Source of the DNA: Thermoanaerobaculia bacterium
GTDB lineage: Bacteria > Acidobacteriota > Thermoanaerobaculia > Multivoradales > UBA5704
Assembly (NCBI GenBank): GCA_036380715.1
Contig: DASVEF010000370.1
Span: 7,727 to 71,726, forward strand
DNA length: 64,000 bases
Reading direction: 5' to 3'
Under the pieces are notes generated by a model. It searched no databases, was not told where the DNA came from, and was given only the letters and a program-made list of their open reading frames with translations. Below, piece by piece: positions 17,479 through 26,071 of this stretch (positions within the stretch are counted from its first letter, which is position 1; each line of letters starts with the position of its first letter). The position numbers and the translations under genes are program-made.

Positions 17479-20400
17479 ATGTCCGAGCCCCTCGTCCGCG
17501 TGACGTTCCCCAACGGAGGCGAACGATTCCAGCCAGGCCAGCAGATCGGGATACAGTGGCAGAGCAGCGACGACTTCGGCCTCGTTGGCCACGACGTCAA
17601 GTTTTCAGCTACCGGCGATGCCCCTTTCACCGACATCGCCACCAATCTCCCCGGCTTCAGCCAGAGCTTCCTCTGGACCGTGCCCAACCTCCAGACCAGC
17701 CAGGGCGTGATCCGGGTCACTGCCCGCAACAGCCTGGGCACCCAGAGCGGCGACCGCAGCGACGGCACCTTCACCATCGGCCAGATCCAGCAGGTTGACA
17801 CCGCCCCGCCGACCGTCCAGGTCACCTTCCCCAACGGCGGGCAGCAGTTTCAGCCTGGCCAGCCGGTCACCATCCAGTGGATCAGCAGCGACAACGTCGG
17901 CGTCGTGGCCCATGACGTGAAGTTCTCCTCCGATGGCGGGAACAACTTCGTGGATATCGCCACCAACCTCCCGGGCTCGGTCCAGAGTTTCGGCTGGACG
18001 GCCCCCAACCTGCAGACCACCCAGGGAGTCATCCGGGTTGTGGCGAGGGATGCCGCAGGGAATCAGAGCGGCGACCGCAGCGACGCACCCTTTACGATCG
18101 GGCAGATCCAGACGATCGACACGATTCCGCCGACCGTCCAGGTCACCTTCCCCAACGGCGGACAGCAGTTCCAGCCCGGACAGCCGGTGGCGATCCAGTG
18201 GGCCAGCAGCGACAACGTCGGCGTCTTCGCTCATGACGTGAAGTTCTCCCCGACGGGCGGCGACCCCTTCCAGGACATCGCCACCAACCTGCCGGGATTC
18301 CAGAAGAGCTTCAACTGGATCGTGCCCAACGCTCCGACCAGCCAAGGGGTGATCCGCGTCGTCGCCCGCGATGCGGCGGGAAATCAGGCTGGGGATCGCA
18401 GCGACGCCTTCTTCGTCATCGCTCAGCCGATCGACACGATCCCACCGACCGTCCAGGTGATCTCGCCCAACGGCGGGGAGATTCTGACGCCGGGTCAGAC
18501 CGCTTTGATCCGCTGGACGAGCACCGACAACGTCGGAGTCATCGCTCACGACGTGAAGCTCTCTTCCGACAATGGGCTCAACTTCTCGGACATTGTCACG
18601 AACCTTCCCGGTTCGGCACAGAGCTTCTCCTGGATCGTTCCCGATGCCCCGACTAGCCAAGGTGTGATCCGGGTGGTGGCCCGGGATGCCGCCGGCAACC
18701 AGGGAGGCGACCGCAGCAATTCGGTCTTCACCATCCAGATCGCGACGATCGAGGATTTCGACGAGCCGTCGATCCAGCCGCAGGCGACGTTCTCCGTCGT
18801 CGCGGGCCTGAGCGTGAATGTGCCCCGCGAGCGAGCCCGGTTCATGAAAAGTGGCATGCTGGTGAAGGAATGCGTGGGGCGCGAGGTGACCCCAGGCAAC
18901 CCCGCACCTCCCAAGCCCTTCGAATTCACGATCGTGCCCGCCCTGACCGGAAGGTGCGACGCCCAGAAAATCGAAACTTGCAATCAAGGCGAGTCGGGAG
19001 ACTGCGGCAGGTACTCAATCCGCGTCACGCCACCGGTCGAGACTCCGCCGGGAACGTACACGTTCAATGTGAAAAGCACCAACACCGGTCAGATGATCGA
19101 CCCCTTCAGGGTGGCCGTCCCCCAACCGAAAATCAGGATTACCGCCCGTCCGCGGCAGGAGCCGAAGATCTTTGCAGGGGAGCAGCTCGACTATGACGTC
19201 GAGATCCAGAGGACCAACTATGTAGGACCGGTCAGACTCAGGGTCCGTCCTGGAACGGAAGTGGACCTATCCGAAAACGTCTTCATCCCGCAGGAGTTTC
19301 GGTCGAGCTCCAATCCAGCCGGCACAGACCGTACGACGCTCACGATCATCACCAGCAAGCCGCAGGCCGATGTTTCGCCGGGGACCGGCAAGGGAAGTTA
19401 CAGCCCGGTGATCGAAGTCGAGGACGCCCTGCCCTTCCTTCAGGTAACTCCCGCAACTCTTTCCTTGGAGGTGGACATCCGGCCGGACATCGACGTCACG
19501 ATCAGTCCGGACCGGCTCAGCGCCGCTCCGGAAGAGAAGGCGGTCTTCACGGTCGACCTGTTCAAGTACGCCTTCCAGGAGCAGGACGACCTTCGGGTCA
19601 CCGGACAGCCCACAGGCTCGAAAGTCGACTTCGTCCCCGCGGGCACCAAGACGATCAAGGCCGGGAAAAGAGACCGGTTCAACCTGGAGATCACTCCCCC
19701 CGCCGGGACGATGCCGGTCCAGTTCCCGCTGACCGTGACCGCCCCCTTCACCCGGGAGGGGATCGTGAAGACCCCTTCCGCCATGGCCACCCTGAAGGTG
19801 GAGCCCGTGGAGAAGAGGATCGTGCTCAGCTTCCGGTCCATGCCGGCCATACCGGGCGACGTCCGGGTGCTGGAGTGCGCCTCGTTCGATTTCGAGGTCG
19901 CGGCGTTGGGCTTCACCACTCCTGAGCCGGTGAGCCTGTCGTTCGAGCGTTCTCCCTCGATAGACCTGGTGCGGGGCGTCTTCGTCCTGCCGAACGGCAG
20001 CACCGGCACGACCTTCACTCCCGATCTCAACAATGCGGACAACAACGTCGTCAAGCTCCGCTTTGAGGTGCCGGTCGATCTCAGCAAAGACGGCGTCCGG
20101 ATCAAGTACGACTTCGACATCGTCGCCAAGCTGGCCAGCGATCCTAAGATCGAATCCAACAAGATCTCCGGCGCCTTCTCGGTTCTCTACGCCGTTCCCG
20201 AAGTCGAGCTGATTCCGATCGATCCTCCGCCGGTCGCCGAGGAGTCGACGGCGAAAGGAAGCTCGGTGCCGGCCAACTTCGGCTTCGACGTCCGGCGCGG
20301 CACCCCGGGCTGCCCGCTGTTCTTCGACCAGCCGGTGACGCTGAAGGTGAACCCGAACCGCCTGCCGCGCGGCGTCTTTGTCGCGGAGATCCAGCAGCCC

Positions 20401-21411
20401 ACGGGCACCATGTCAGGCAGCACGTCCCCGGGGTTCGTGCGGCTCGGGGCGACCCTGGAAGCGCGGGCGGACCGCTATCTGATCCCGATCGAAGGCGAGG
20501 CCGCCGGCGCCAAGATCATTCCGAAAGAGGTGACGCTCGTCGTCGATGACGCCGTCTCGGTCAACACGCCCGCCGGGCCCTTTCAGGGTTTTGAGCAGCT
20601 TACGGTGACGTGGACGACCGTGGGGCCGGTAGATAGTCACGAGATCCAACTGTCCATCGACGGCGGCAACCAGTTCGACAAGGTGGGAGAGACCACCAAC
20701 GCGGCTCAGCGCATGTTCAGCTTCGAGATCAACAACTCGAAGCTCGCGGAGGAGAACAATTCCCGAGTTCGCGTAATCGCCAAGGACCGCAACGGAAGGA
20801 TCATCGGCCTAGGCGACAGCCAGATCTTCAAGATCTTCCGGACCGACGACCCGAAAGTCATCGACTTCACTCCGCAGGACGGAGCGCGCGGCACGACGGT
20901 GACGATCACCGGCGAGGAATTCGTCAAGGGCAGGACGGAGGTGCAGTTTCAGCCGGCGGTCAGGGTGAGAGCCAATGTCGCCGATTCTCGGACGCTGACG
21001 GTCCAGGTACCGGACGGCGCCCAGACCGGAACGCTCCTGGTGATCACTCCCAAGGGGATCGCCGCCACCAGCCGTCCATTCAACGTACTGCAGTCCAGCC
21101 CGCGGATCCATACCGTCACGGCCTTCTCGCCCGCGAGCGGCCCGGTGGGGACCCGGGTGACCATCCGGGGCACGAATTTCCTCAACGTCACCTCGGTGAA
21201 GTTCCGGGGCATCGAGGCAGCAAGCTTCACGGTGGACTCGCCGCGCTCGATTACGGCCGTGGTGCCGCCGGGCGCGCAGAGTGGACCGATCGAGGTGACG
21301 ACGGCCGGCGGAACAGTGGCCAGCAGGACGCCGTTCACCCGGACGACCCGGCCGCGGAGGACGACGGGGCCCCGGCCGGCGAGCCCGGCGAACGGCCAGG
21401 GCGCGCTGTAG
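17479..21411 (+). CDS. large (about 1310 aa) repeat protein: four ~105-aa tandem beta-sandwich-like repeats, central variable region, three C-terminal IPT/TIG-like domains
   Basis: Repeats begin VTFPNGG(E/Q)xFQPGQ...IQW.SSDN.GV.AHDVKFS..GG..F.DIATNLPG..QSF.W..PN..TSQGVIRV.ARDAAGNQ.GDRSD. The C-terminus has G.TV.I.G..F IPT-like units. RBS GGAG 9 nt before ATG 17479. No obvious Sec signal peptide. A rho-independent terminator follows. Confidence 0.8.
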   Translation: MSEPLVRVTFPNGGERFQPGQQIGIQWQSSDDFGLVGHDVKFSATGDAPFTDIATNLPGFSQSFLWTVPNLQTSQGVIRVTARNSLGTQSGDRSDGTFTIGQIQQVDTAPPTVQVTFPNGGQQFQPGQPVTIQWISSDNVGVVAHDVKFSSDGGNNFVDIATNLPGSVQSFGWTAPNLQTTQGVIRVVARDAAGNQSGDRSDAPFTIGQIQTIDTIPPTVQVTFPNGGQQFQPGQPVAIQWASSDNVGVFAHDVKFSPTGGDPFQDIATNLPGFQKSFNWIVPNAPTSQGVIRVVARDAAGNQAGDRSDAFFVIAQPIDTIPPTVQVISPNGGEILTPGQTALIRWTSTDNVGVIAHDVKLSSDNGLNFSDIVTNLPGSAQSFSWIVPDAPTSQGVIRVVARDAAGNQGGDRSNSVFTIQIATIEDFDEPSIQPQATFSVVAGLSVNVPRERARFMKSGMLVKECVGREVTPGNPAPPKPFEFTIVPALTGRCDAQKIETCNQGESGDCGRYSIRVTPPVETPPGTYTFNVKSTNTGQMIDPFRVAVPQPKIRITARPRQEPKIFAGEQLDYDVEIQRTNYVGPVRLRVRPGTEVDLSENVFIPQEFRSSSNPAGTDRTTLTIITSKPQADVSPGTGKGSYSPVIEVEDALPFLQVTPATLSLEVDIRPDIDVTISPDRLSAAPEEKAVFTVDLFKYAFQEQDDLRVTGQPTGSKVDFVPAGTKTIKAGKRDRFNLEITPPAGTMPVQFPLTVTAPFTREGIVKTPSAMATLKVEPVEKRIVLSFRSMPAIPGDVRVLECASFDFEVAALGFTTPEPVSLSFERSPSIDLVRGVFVLPNGSTGTTFTPDLNNADNNVVKLRFEVPVDLSKDGVRIKYDFDIVAKLASDPKIESNKISGAFSVLYAVPEVELIPIDPPPVAEESTAKGSSVPANFGFDVRRGTPGCPLFFDQPVTLKVNPNRLPRGVFVAEIQQPTGTMSGSTSPGFVRLGATLEARADRYLIPIEGEAAGAKIIPKEVTLVVDDAVSVNTPAGPFQGFEQLTVTWTTVGPVDSHEIQLSIDGGNQFDKVGETTNAAQRMFSFEINNSKLAEENNSRVRVIAKDRNGRIIGLGDSQIFKIFRTDDPKVIDFTPQDGARGTTVTITGEEFVKGRTEVQFQPAVRVRANVADSRTLTVQVPDGAQTGTLLVITPKGIAATSRPFNVLQSSPRIHTVTAFSPASGPVGTRVTIRGTNFLNVTSVKFRGIEAASFTVDSPRSITAVVPPGAQSGPIEVTTAGGTVASRTPFTRTTRPRRTTGPRPASPANGQGAL

Positions 21412-21441
21412 CCCGCCATCCCTGCCAACCGCCCTCTGTTC

Positions 21442-21477
21442 GCGGCGGGAGCGTCACCGCTCCCGCCGCTCTTTTTT
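21442..21477 (+). terminator. rho-independent terminator after the repeat protein gene
   Basis: GCGGCGGGAGCG-TCAC-CGCTCCCGCCGC followed by TCTTTTTTG. Confidence 0.8.
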
Positions 21478-21513
21478 GCTACTCTCTCTTCAACTCATAT
21501 CCGGAGGCTCGCC

Positions 21514-22863
21514 ATGTTCGGATCGATGGTGCTGGAAGTCGCGATCGGTGTGATCTTCGCGTACCTGCTCCTCAGCCTGATCGTCACGGCCGTGACGGAG
21601 CTGATCTCGGGGTGGCTCAAGTGGCGGGCCAAGGATCTCCGGGCCGGTCTCCAGAGGCTGCTGAATTCCGAGCAGCCCGAGAAGTGGGTGAGCGCGCTCT
21701 ACGAGCACCCGCTGATCCAGGGGCTCACTCAGGACAGGAGGAAAGCGGCCTCGGCGGACAGTACTGCCGAGGCCGCGGCTGGACGAGGCCCTTCCTACAT
21801 CCCATCCCGGACGTTCGCGATCGCCTTTCTGGACGTCCTGCGTGACGAGCACCCGGCGGGACGGCTCCTCTCGCAGGCGCTCCACCGGGTCCTCGACACC
21901 ACTCCGGACTCCGCGTCGATGGGCGACTTGAAGAAGGCGATCGCGGACGAGGTCCGGAAGATCCCGGACGACGGGATCGGCGCGACTCTCAAGCAGCACG
22001 CCACCGCTCTGGTCGGCCGCATCCCGGACAACGTGCCGCTGGCCGAGGCGAAGGGAGATCTCCGGGCCTATGCTCAGAAGCTCTCGGATCTACCTCTCCA
22101 GACCCTGATCGAGAACCTGCCGGACGCGAAGCTGAGGAAGGCGCTCCTCACCCTGCTGGAGGATTCAAACCGCGACGTGGAATCCCTCAAGGAGACCCTC
22201 GAGGTCTGGTTCAACAACTCCATGGCTCGCGTCAGCGGCTGGTACAAGCGGAAGACCCAGACGGTCCACGTCCTCCTGGCCATCGTGCTGACGCTGGTGA
22301 TCAACGTGGACACCGTGCTCCTCGTCGATGCCCTTTCCACGAACCAGGCCCTGCGCCAGTCGCTGGTGGCCGAGGCCGAGGCCTACGCCGATCAGGAGAA
22401 ACCCGCCAACGGCCAGCCCGGGGGAGGCGCGCAGGCGTCGGATCCGGCCGAGAACTACCGGAAGCTGCGGGCGCAGCTCGACAGCCTGGATCTGCCGATC
22501 GGCTGGCTCCTTCCAGGGGAGCGCAAGGCGCCGCCGGGGACTCCTCCCGAGCTGAAGAACGCGGACTTCCGCGACTGGCCCGGCTGGTGGGCGGCGGACA
22601 TGACCGAAGAGCAGTGGACGAAGTGGGCGAGCCTCTGGGGAGACACGATCCGCTTCCACCTCTTCGGCTGGGTGCTCACGGCCTTCGCGATTTCGCTGGG
22701 AGCCCCGTTCTGGTTCGATATGCTGAACAAGGTCATCAACATCCGTTCGTCCGGCAAGGCACCCGAGGAGAAACCGAAGGCGCCCAAGGAGGTGCCGAAG
22801 CCGCTGGAGCCGGGGGAGACTCCCGTGCAGGCGGACCTGGCGGATGGGTTGAAGAGGCGGTAG
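21514..22863 (+). CDS. hypothetical membrane protein (N-terminal TM helix, C-terminal TM hairpin)
   Basis: 449 aa. MFGSMVLEVAIGVIFAYLLLSLIVTAVTELI... then a long soluble helical region, then HVLLAIVLTLVINV... and FHLFGWVLTAFAISLGAPFWF. No family assigned. Confidence 0.6.
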   Translation: MFGSMVLEVAIGVIFAYLLLSLIVTAVTELISGWLKWRAKDLRAGLQRLLNSEQPEKWVSALYEHPLIQGLTQDRRKAASADSTAEAAAGRGPSYIPSRTFAIAFLDVLRDEHPAGRLLSQALHRVLDTTPDSASMGDLKKAIADEVRKIPDDGIGATLKQHATALVGRIPDNVPLAEAKGDLRAYAQKLSDLPLQTLIENLPDAKLRKALLTLLEDSNRDVESLKETLEVWFNNSMARVSGWYKRKTQTVHVLLAIVLTLVINVDTVLLVDALSTNQALRQSLVAEAEAYADQEKPANGQPGGGAQASDPAENYRKLRAQLDSLDLPIGWLLPGERKAPPGTPPELKNADFRDWPGWWAADMTEEQWTKWASLWGDTIRFHLFGWVLTAFAISLGAPFWFDMLNKVINIRSSGKAPEEKPKAPKEVPKPLEPGETPVQADLADGLKRR

Positions 22864-22876
22864 GCCCACCTCCCGG

Positions 22877-22932
22877 ACCCTCACCCCCCGGCCCCCTCTC
22901 CCACCCGCACTCCCTTCCCCCGGGAGAGGGGG
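22877..22932. repeat. GC-rich nested-palindrome intergenic repeat, copy B
   Basis: CCCTCACCCCCCGGCCCCCTCTCCC-(20 nt loop)-CGGGAGAGGGGGAG, between convergent genes. Confidence 0.7.
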
Positions 22933-22964
22933 AGAAAGACACGAAAATGCCAGGGGAGGGGGAC

Positions 22965-23555
22965 CTACTCGAGGCTGTCGATCGCTGCCCAGAGCGCGTC
23001 AAGATCGAGCATCAGCCCCTCGCAACCTGGGATCTTCTCCAGCGTGCCGGTGCTGACCCCCAGGACGTGGAGGTAGCGTCCCTGGGCGTCGAGCTCGAGG
23101 ATTTCCAGGCTGCGGAGCTGCGGGTCGAGGAGCCAGTACCAGGCCACTCCAAAGGCCGCATAGTCCGCCAGCTTCTCCACCCGGTCGCGCCGGCCGTCGC
23201 GGGGCGTTGGAGAGACGATCTCGATAGCAATGTCGGGCGGGACGCGGATCAGGCCGCGAGCCGGTGGCCAGCGGCTGCCTGGCAAGTAGATCGTGAGATC
23301 AGGTTTCCGGCCGCGCCGGGAGCCGACTGCGAACTTGGCCTCGGAGCCAGCCACCAGCCCACCGTACGGCGAGATCCAGCTATCCAGGAGCCGCCCCAGA
23401 CGTATGACCAGGAACTCGTGAAGGAAATCAGCCACCTCCTCCTCCTCCAGACGTCCATCCACGAGCTCCCCGGGCTCATCCTCGGGCAGGGCGAACCATT
23501 CGTCGAGCGAAAGCTCAGGCGCGGCGGGTGATTCGGCTACCGTCCCCTGGCTCAT
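22965..23555 (-). CDS. Uma2-family (DUF820) endonuclease, second copy
   Basis: 196 aa. PDLTIYLPGS...PDIAIEIVSPT...DRRDRVEKLADYAAFGVAWYWLLDP motifs. Confidence 0.8.
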   Translation of the reverse strand: MSQGTVAESPAAPELSLDEWFALPEDEPGELVDGRLEEEEVADFLHEFLVIRLGRLLDSWISPYGGLVAGSEAKFAVGSRRGRKPDLTIYLPGSRWPPARGLIRVPPDIAIEIVSPTPRDGRRDRVEKLADYAAFGVAWYWLLDPQLRSLEILELDAQGRYLHVLGVSTGTLEKIPGCEGLMLDLDALWAAIDSLE

Positions 23556-23641
23556 GAGTTGATGCTACCACGACCCTGCCGATGCCCTGCCGGCTCAGAG
23601 GTCCCCTCTCCCGGAAGGAGCGAACCGTTTACACTAGAGGG

Positions 23642-24139
23642 GTGAGGCTATCCAACTCCCGCCGGACCCGCGCCCTGGTAGCCGCGGTCCTGCTCGGCTG
23701 CGCCACTCAGAGCGCCGCGGCGCCGGAGCCGAAGGGATTAACGGCGACGGTCCCGGTCCCCGCCGACCTGCACACCCGCATCGTGTCAGGGGCGGGGGAC
23801 GCCTCCACCGCCTACCTCCTGCACATCGATGGCGTCCAGTTCCCCGCCAACGAGCCCGCCGTGGTGCACGTCTTCGGGAATCTTCCCGAGGCCGTGAACC
23901 TGAAGGAAGTGGAGAACAGCCCGCACTACCTCGGCTACTTCACCATCGTCCCGAGGACCACCGAGGAAGGCCGGCAGTCCGAGAAGACCGAGATCGTTCT
24001 CGACGTGACCGGCAACCTCCCCATCCTGCTGAAGAACAGCCGGACCTTGATCGTGACCCTGATCGCCGCCGGAGGTCGCAGGATCGACAAGGACCTGGGG
24101 CTCAGGTTCGAGAAGATGTACGTCACGGAAGAGAAGTGA
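23642..24139 (+). CDS. hypothetical lipoprotein
   Basis: GTG start giving VRLSNSRRTRALVAAVLLGC. This is a lipobox-like LLGC after a positively charged n-region. Alternative upstream ATG at 23582. Confidence 0.5.
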   Translation: MRLSNSRRTRALVAAVLLGCATQSAAAPEPKGLTATVPVPADLHTRIVSGAGDASTAYLLHIDGVQFPANEPAVVHVFGNLPEAVNLKEVENSPHYLGYFTIVPRTTEEGRQSEKTEIVLDVTGNLPILLKNSRTLIVTLIAAGGRRIDKDLGLRFEKMYVTEEK

Positions 24140-24143
24140 GGCT

Positions 24144-24341
24144 ATGAAAGAGGAATACGACTTTTCCAAAGGTGAGCGAGGGAAGTTCTATCGACCAGAG
24201 ATAAAGCTCAACCTGCCGACTACTCCCTCCGCACAGCCGTCATCACAATCTCCATCCGAGCGCCCCGCGGGAGAGCCGCCACCGCGACCACGGCGCGGGC
24301 CGGGGGATCTTCGGGGAAGTAGGTCGCGTAGACCTCGTTGA
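24144..24341 (+). pseudogene. possible remnant of a BrnA/DUF4415-like antitoxin gene (only the N-terminal about 25 codons recognisable)
   Basis: MKEEYDFSKGERGKFYRPEIK matches the conserved N-terminus (EYDFSKGKRG) of small antitoxin-like proteins. The rest of the ORF is antisense to the RidA gene 3' end and low-complexity. Confidence 0.2.
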
Positions 24342-24678
24342 GCTTCGCGTAGTCGGCGATGTCGGCGAGGAAGATCTGGACCTGGACCACGTCCTTCAAC
24401 GAATAGCCCGCCGCCTCCAGCACGGCCCGGCAGTTCTCGATCGCGCGGCGGGTCTCCGCTTCCAGGCCGCCGGGGACCATCTCGCGGGTGGCGGGGTCGA
24501 GGCCGATCTGGCCGGCGAGGTAGAGGGTGTCCCCCACCTGGATCGCCTGCGAGTAGGAGGCGATGGCTGCCGGGGCGCGGTCGGTGGAGATGACCCGCCG
24601 CTCGCGAGGACGGCCGGTCTCGGTCGCCGCGACGCAGCCGGTCAGCGCGAGGAGGAGGCAGACCGCGGACGCCCTCAT
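24220..24678 (-). CDS. ridA: RidA/YjgF-family reactive-intermediate deaminase, predicted lipoprotein
   Basis: MRASAVCLLLALTGC lipobox. YjgF fold motifs SQAIQVGDTLYLAGQIGLDP...PARAVVAVAALPRGARMEIVMTA. Start overlaps the upstream aminotransferase stop (ATGA). Confidence 0.8.
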   Translation of the reverse strand: MRASAVCLLLALTGCVAATETGRPRERRVISTDRAPAAIASYSQAIQVGDTLYLAGQIGLDPATREMVPGGLEAETRRAIENCRAVLEAAGYSLKDVVQVQIFLADIADYAKLNEVYATYFPEDPPARAVVAVAALPRGARMEIVMTAVRRE

Positions 24679-25970
24679 ACCGCGATCCCCTTCTCCATCA
24701 CCGTTTCCATGGCATCGCAGAAGTAGTCGATCTCCTGGAGGGTCGTATAGACGCTCGGGGTGATCCTCAGCCCTTCGAACTCGGGATGGACGATCGGCGT
24801 GACCAGGATTCGGTGGCGGTCCCAGAGGTGCTGAACGAGCCTGGGGGTCTCGATCCCGGCGATCTGGACGTTGCCGATGCCGCAAGAGAAGCGCGGGTCG
24901 AGGCTGGTATGGAGGCGCACCCGGTCATGTTTCATCAGGCGCTTCGCCCAGCGGTCCCGCAGATAGCGGAGACGGGCGGCCTTGCGCTCGGGGCCGATTC
25001 CCTCGTGGAAGGTCAGCGCGTCGGTGATCGCCAGGTAGTTGGCCGCCGGATGGGTGCCGATCTCCTCGTACTTGCGGATGTCGCCGTCCATTTTGGCGGG
25101 CGCGGCCATCAGCGGCCAGAGGCCGGCGATCCTGTCCTTGCGGACGTAGAGCAGCCCGGTGCCGTGGGGCGCGAAGAGCCATTTGTGCAGGCTGCTCGCG
25201 TAGTAGTCGCAATCCAGGTCCGCGTGGGTGAACGGGAAGTGCGCGAAGGTGTGCGCGCCGTCCACGATCACCGGGATTCCCTTCTCTCGCGCCATGGCCA
25301 CCACCCGCTTCACCGGGAGGATCTGCCCCGTGAGGTTGATCATGTGGCACATCAGGATCAGCTTCGTCTTCGGCGTGACGGCGGCGCGGAAGCGCTCGAC
25401 GACCTCGTCGTCGTCCTCGGAGGGGACGGGCAGCGAGATCTGCTTGAGGACGATCCGGTCGCGCCGGGCCCTCTGCTCCCAGGTGGTCAGCATGCGCGGG
25501 TAGTCCTGATTGGAGGTCAGGACTTCGTCGCCCGGCTCCAGGTCGAAGCCGTACTGGCAGATCTGGATCCCTTCGGAGGCGTTGCGGGTGAGGGCGATCT
25601 CTTCAGGATCGCAGACGAAGAAGCGGGCGAGGCGCTGGCGGACCGTTTCGCGCTGCGGCTCCAGGATCTGCCAGAGGGCGTAGGGCGGCGGCGCGCTGTT
25701 CGAGTAGTCGAGGTGGCGCTTCATGGCCTCCTGGACCACCGCCGGCGACGGGCTCACCCCGCCGTTGTTGAGGTTCACGATGGACCGGTCCATGGTGAAC
25801 GCCTGCTGGATCTCGAACCAGAAGGCCTCGTCCGCGGCCACCTCCTCCGGAGAGCCGGGACGGGGCGTGGCCAGGGCGCGCTGCGCGCGGGTGAGATCGA
25901 GCGCGGCCAAGGCCACGGCCGCGGCGGCCGGCCGGGCGAAGGCGCCAAAGAGCTCGCGACGGCTGTACAT
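24675..25970 (-). CDS. Tat-exported class-V aminotransferase-fold PLP enzyme (isopenicillin-N-epimerase / cysteine-desulfurase-like)
   Basis: Twin-arginine signal SRRELFGAFARPAAAAVALAALDL. Aminotransferase class V motifs, with PLP lysine context SSLHKWLFAPHGTGLLYV. Confidence 0.85.
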   Translation of the reverse strand: MYSRRELFGAFARPAAAAVALAALDLTRAQRALATPRPGSPEEVAADEAFWFEIQQAFTMDRSIVNLNNGGVSPSPAVVQEAMKRHLDYSNSAPPPYALWQILEPQRETVRQRLARFFVCDPEEIALTRNASEGIQICQYGFDLEPGDEVLTSNQDYPRMLTTWEQRARRDRIVLKQISLPVPSEDDDEVVERFRAAVTPKTKLILMCHMINLTGQILPVKRVVAMAREKGIPVIVDGAHTFAHFPFTHADLDCDYYASSLHKWLFAPHGTGLLYVRKDRIAGLWPLMAAPAKMDGDIRKYEEIGTHPAANYLAITDALTFHEGIGPERKAARLRYLRDRWAKRLMKHDRVRLHTSLDPRFSCGIGNVQIAGIETPRLVQHLWDRHRILVTPIVHPEFEGLRITPSVYTTLQEIDYFCDAMETVMEKGIAV

Positions 25971-26071
25971 TCGGATGCCCTCCAGGTTGAGGGTTGGTGA
26001 AGCAGGAGGATTCTAGCGCCCGGCGAAGATCGGGACCAGCCCGAAGAGGTCATCGATCTCGCTGGCTCAGG

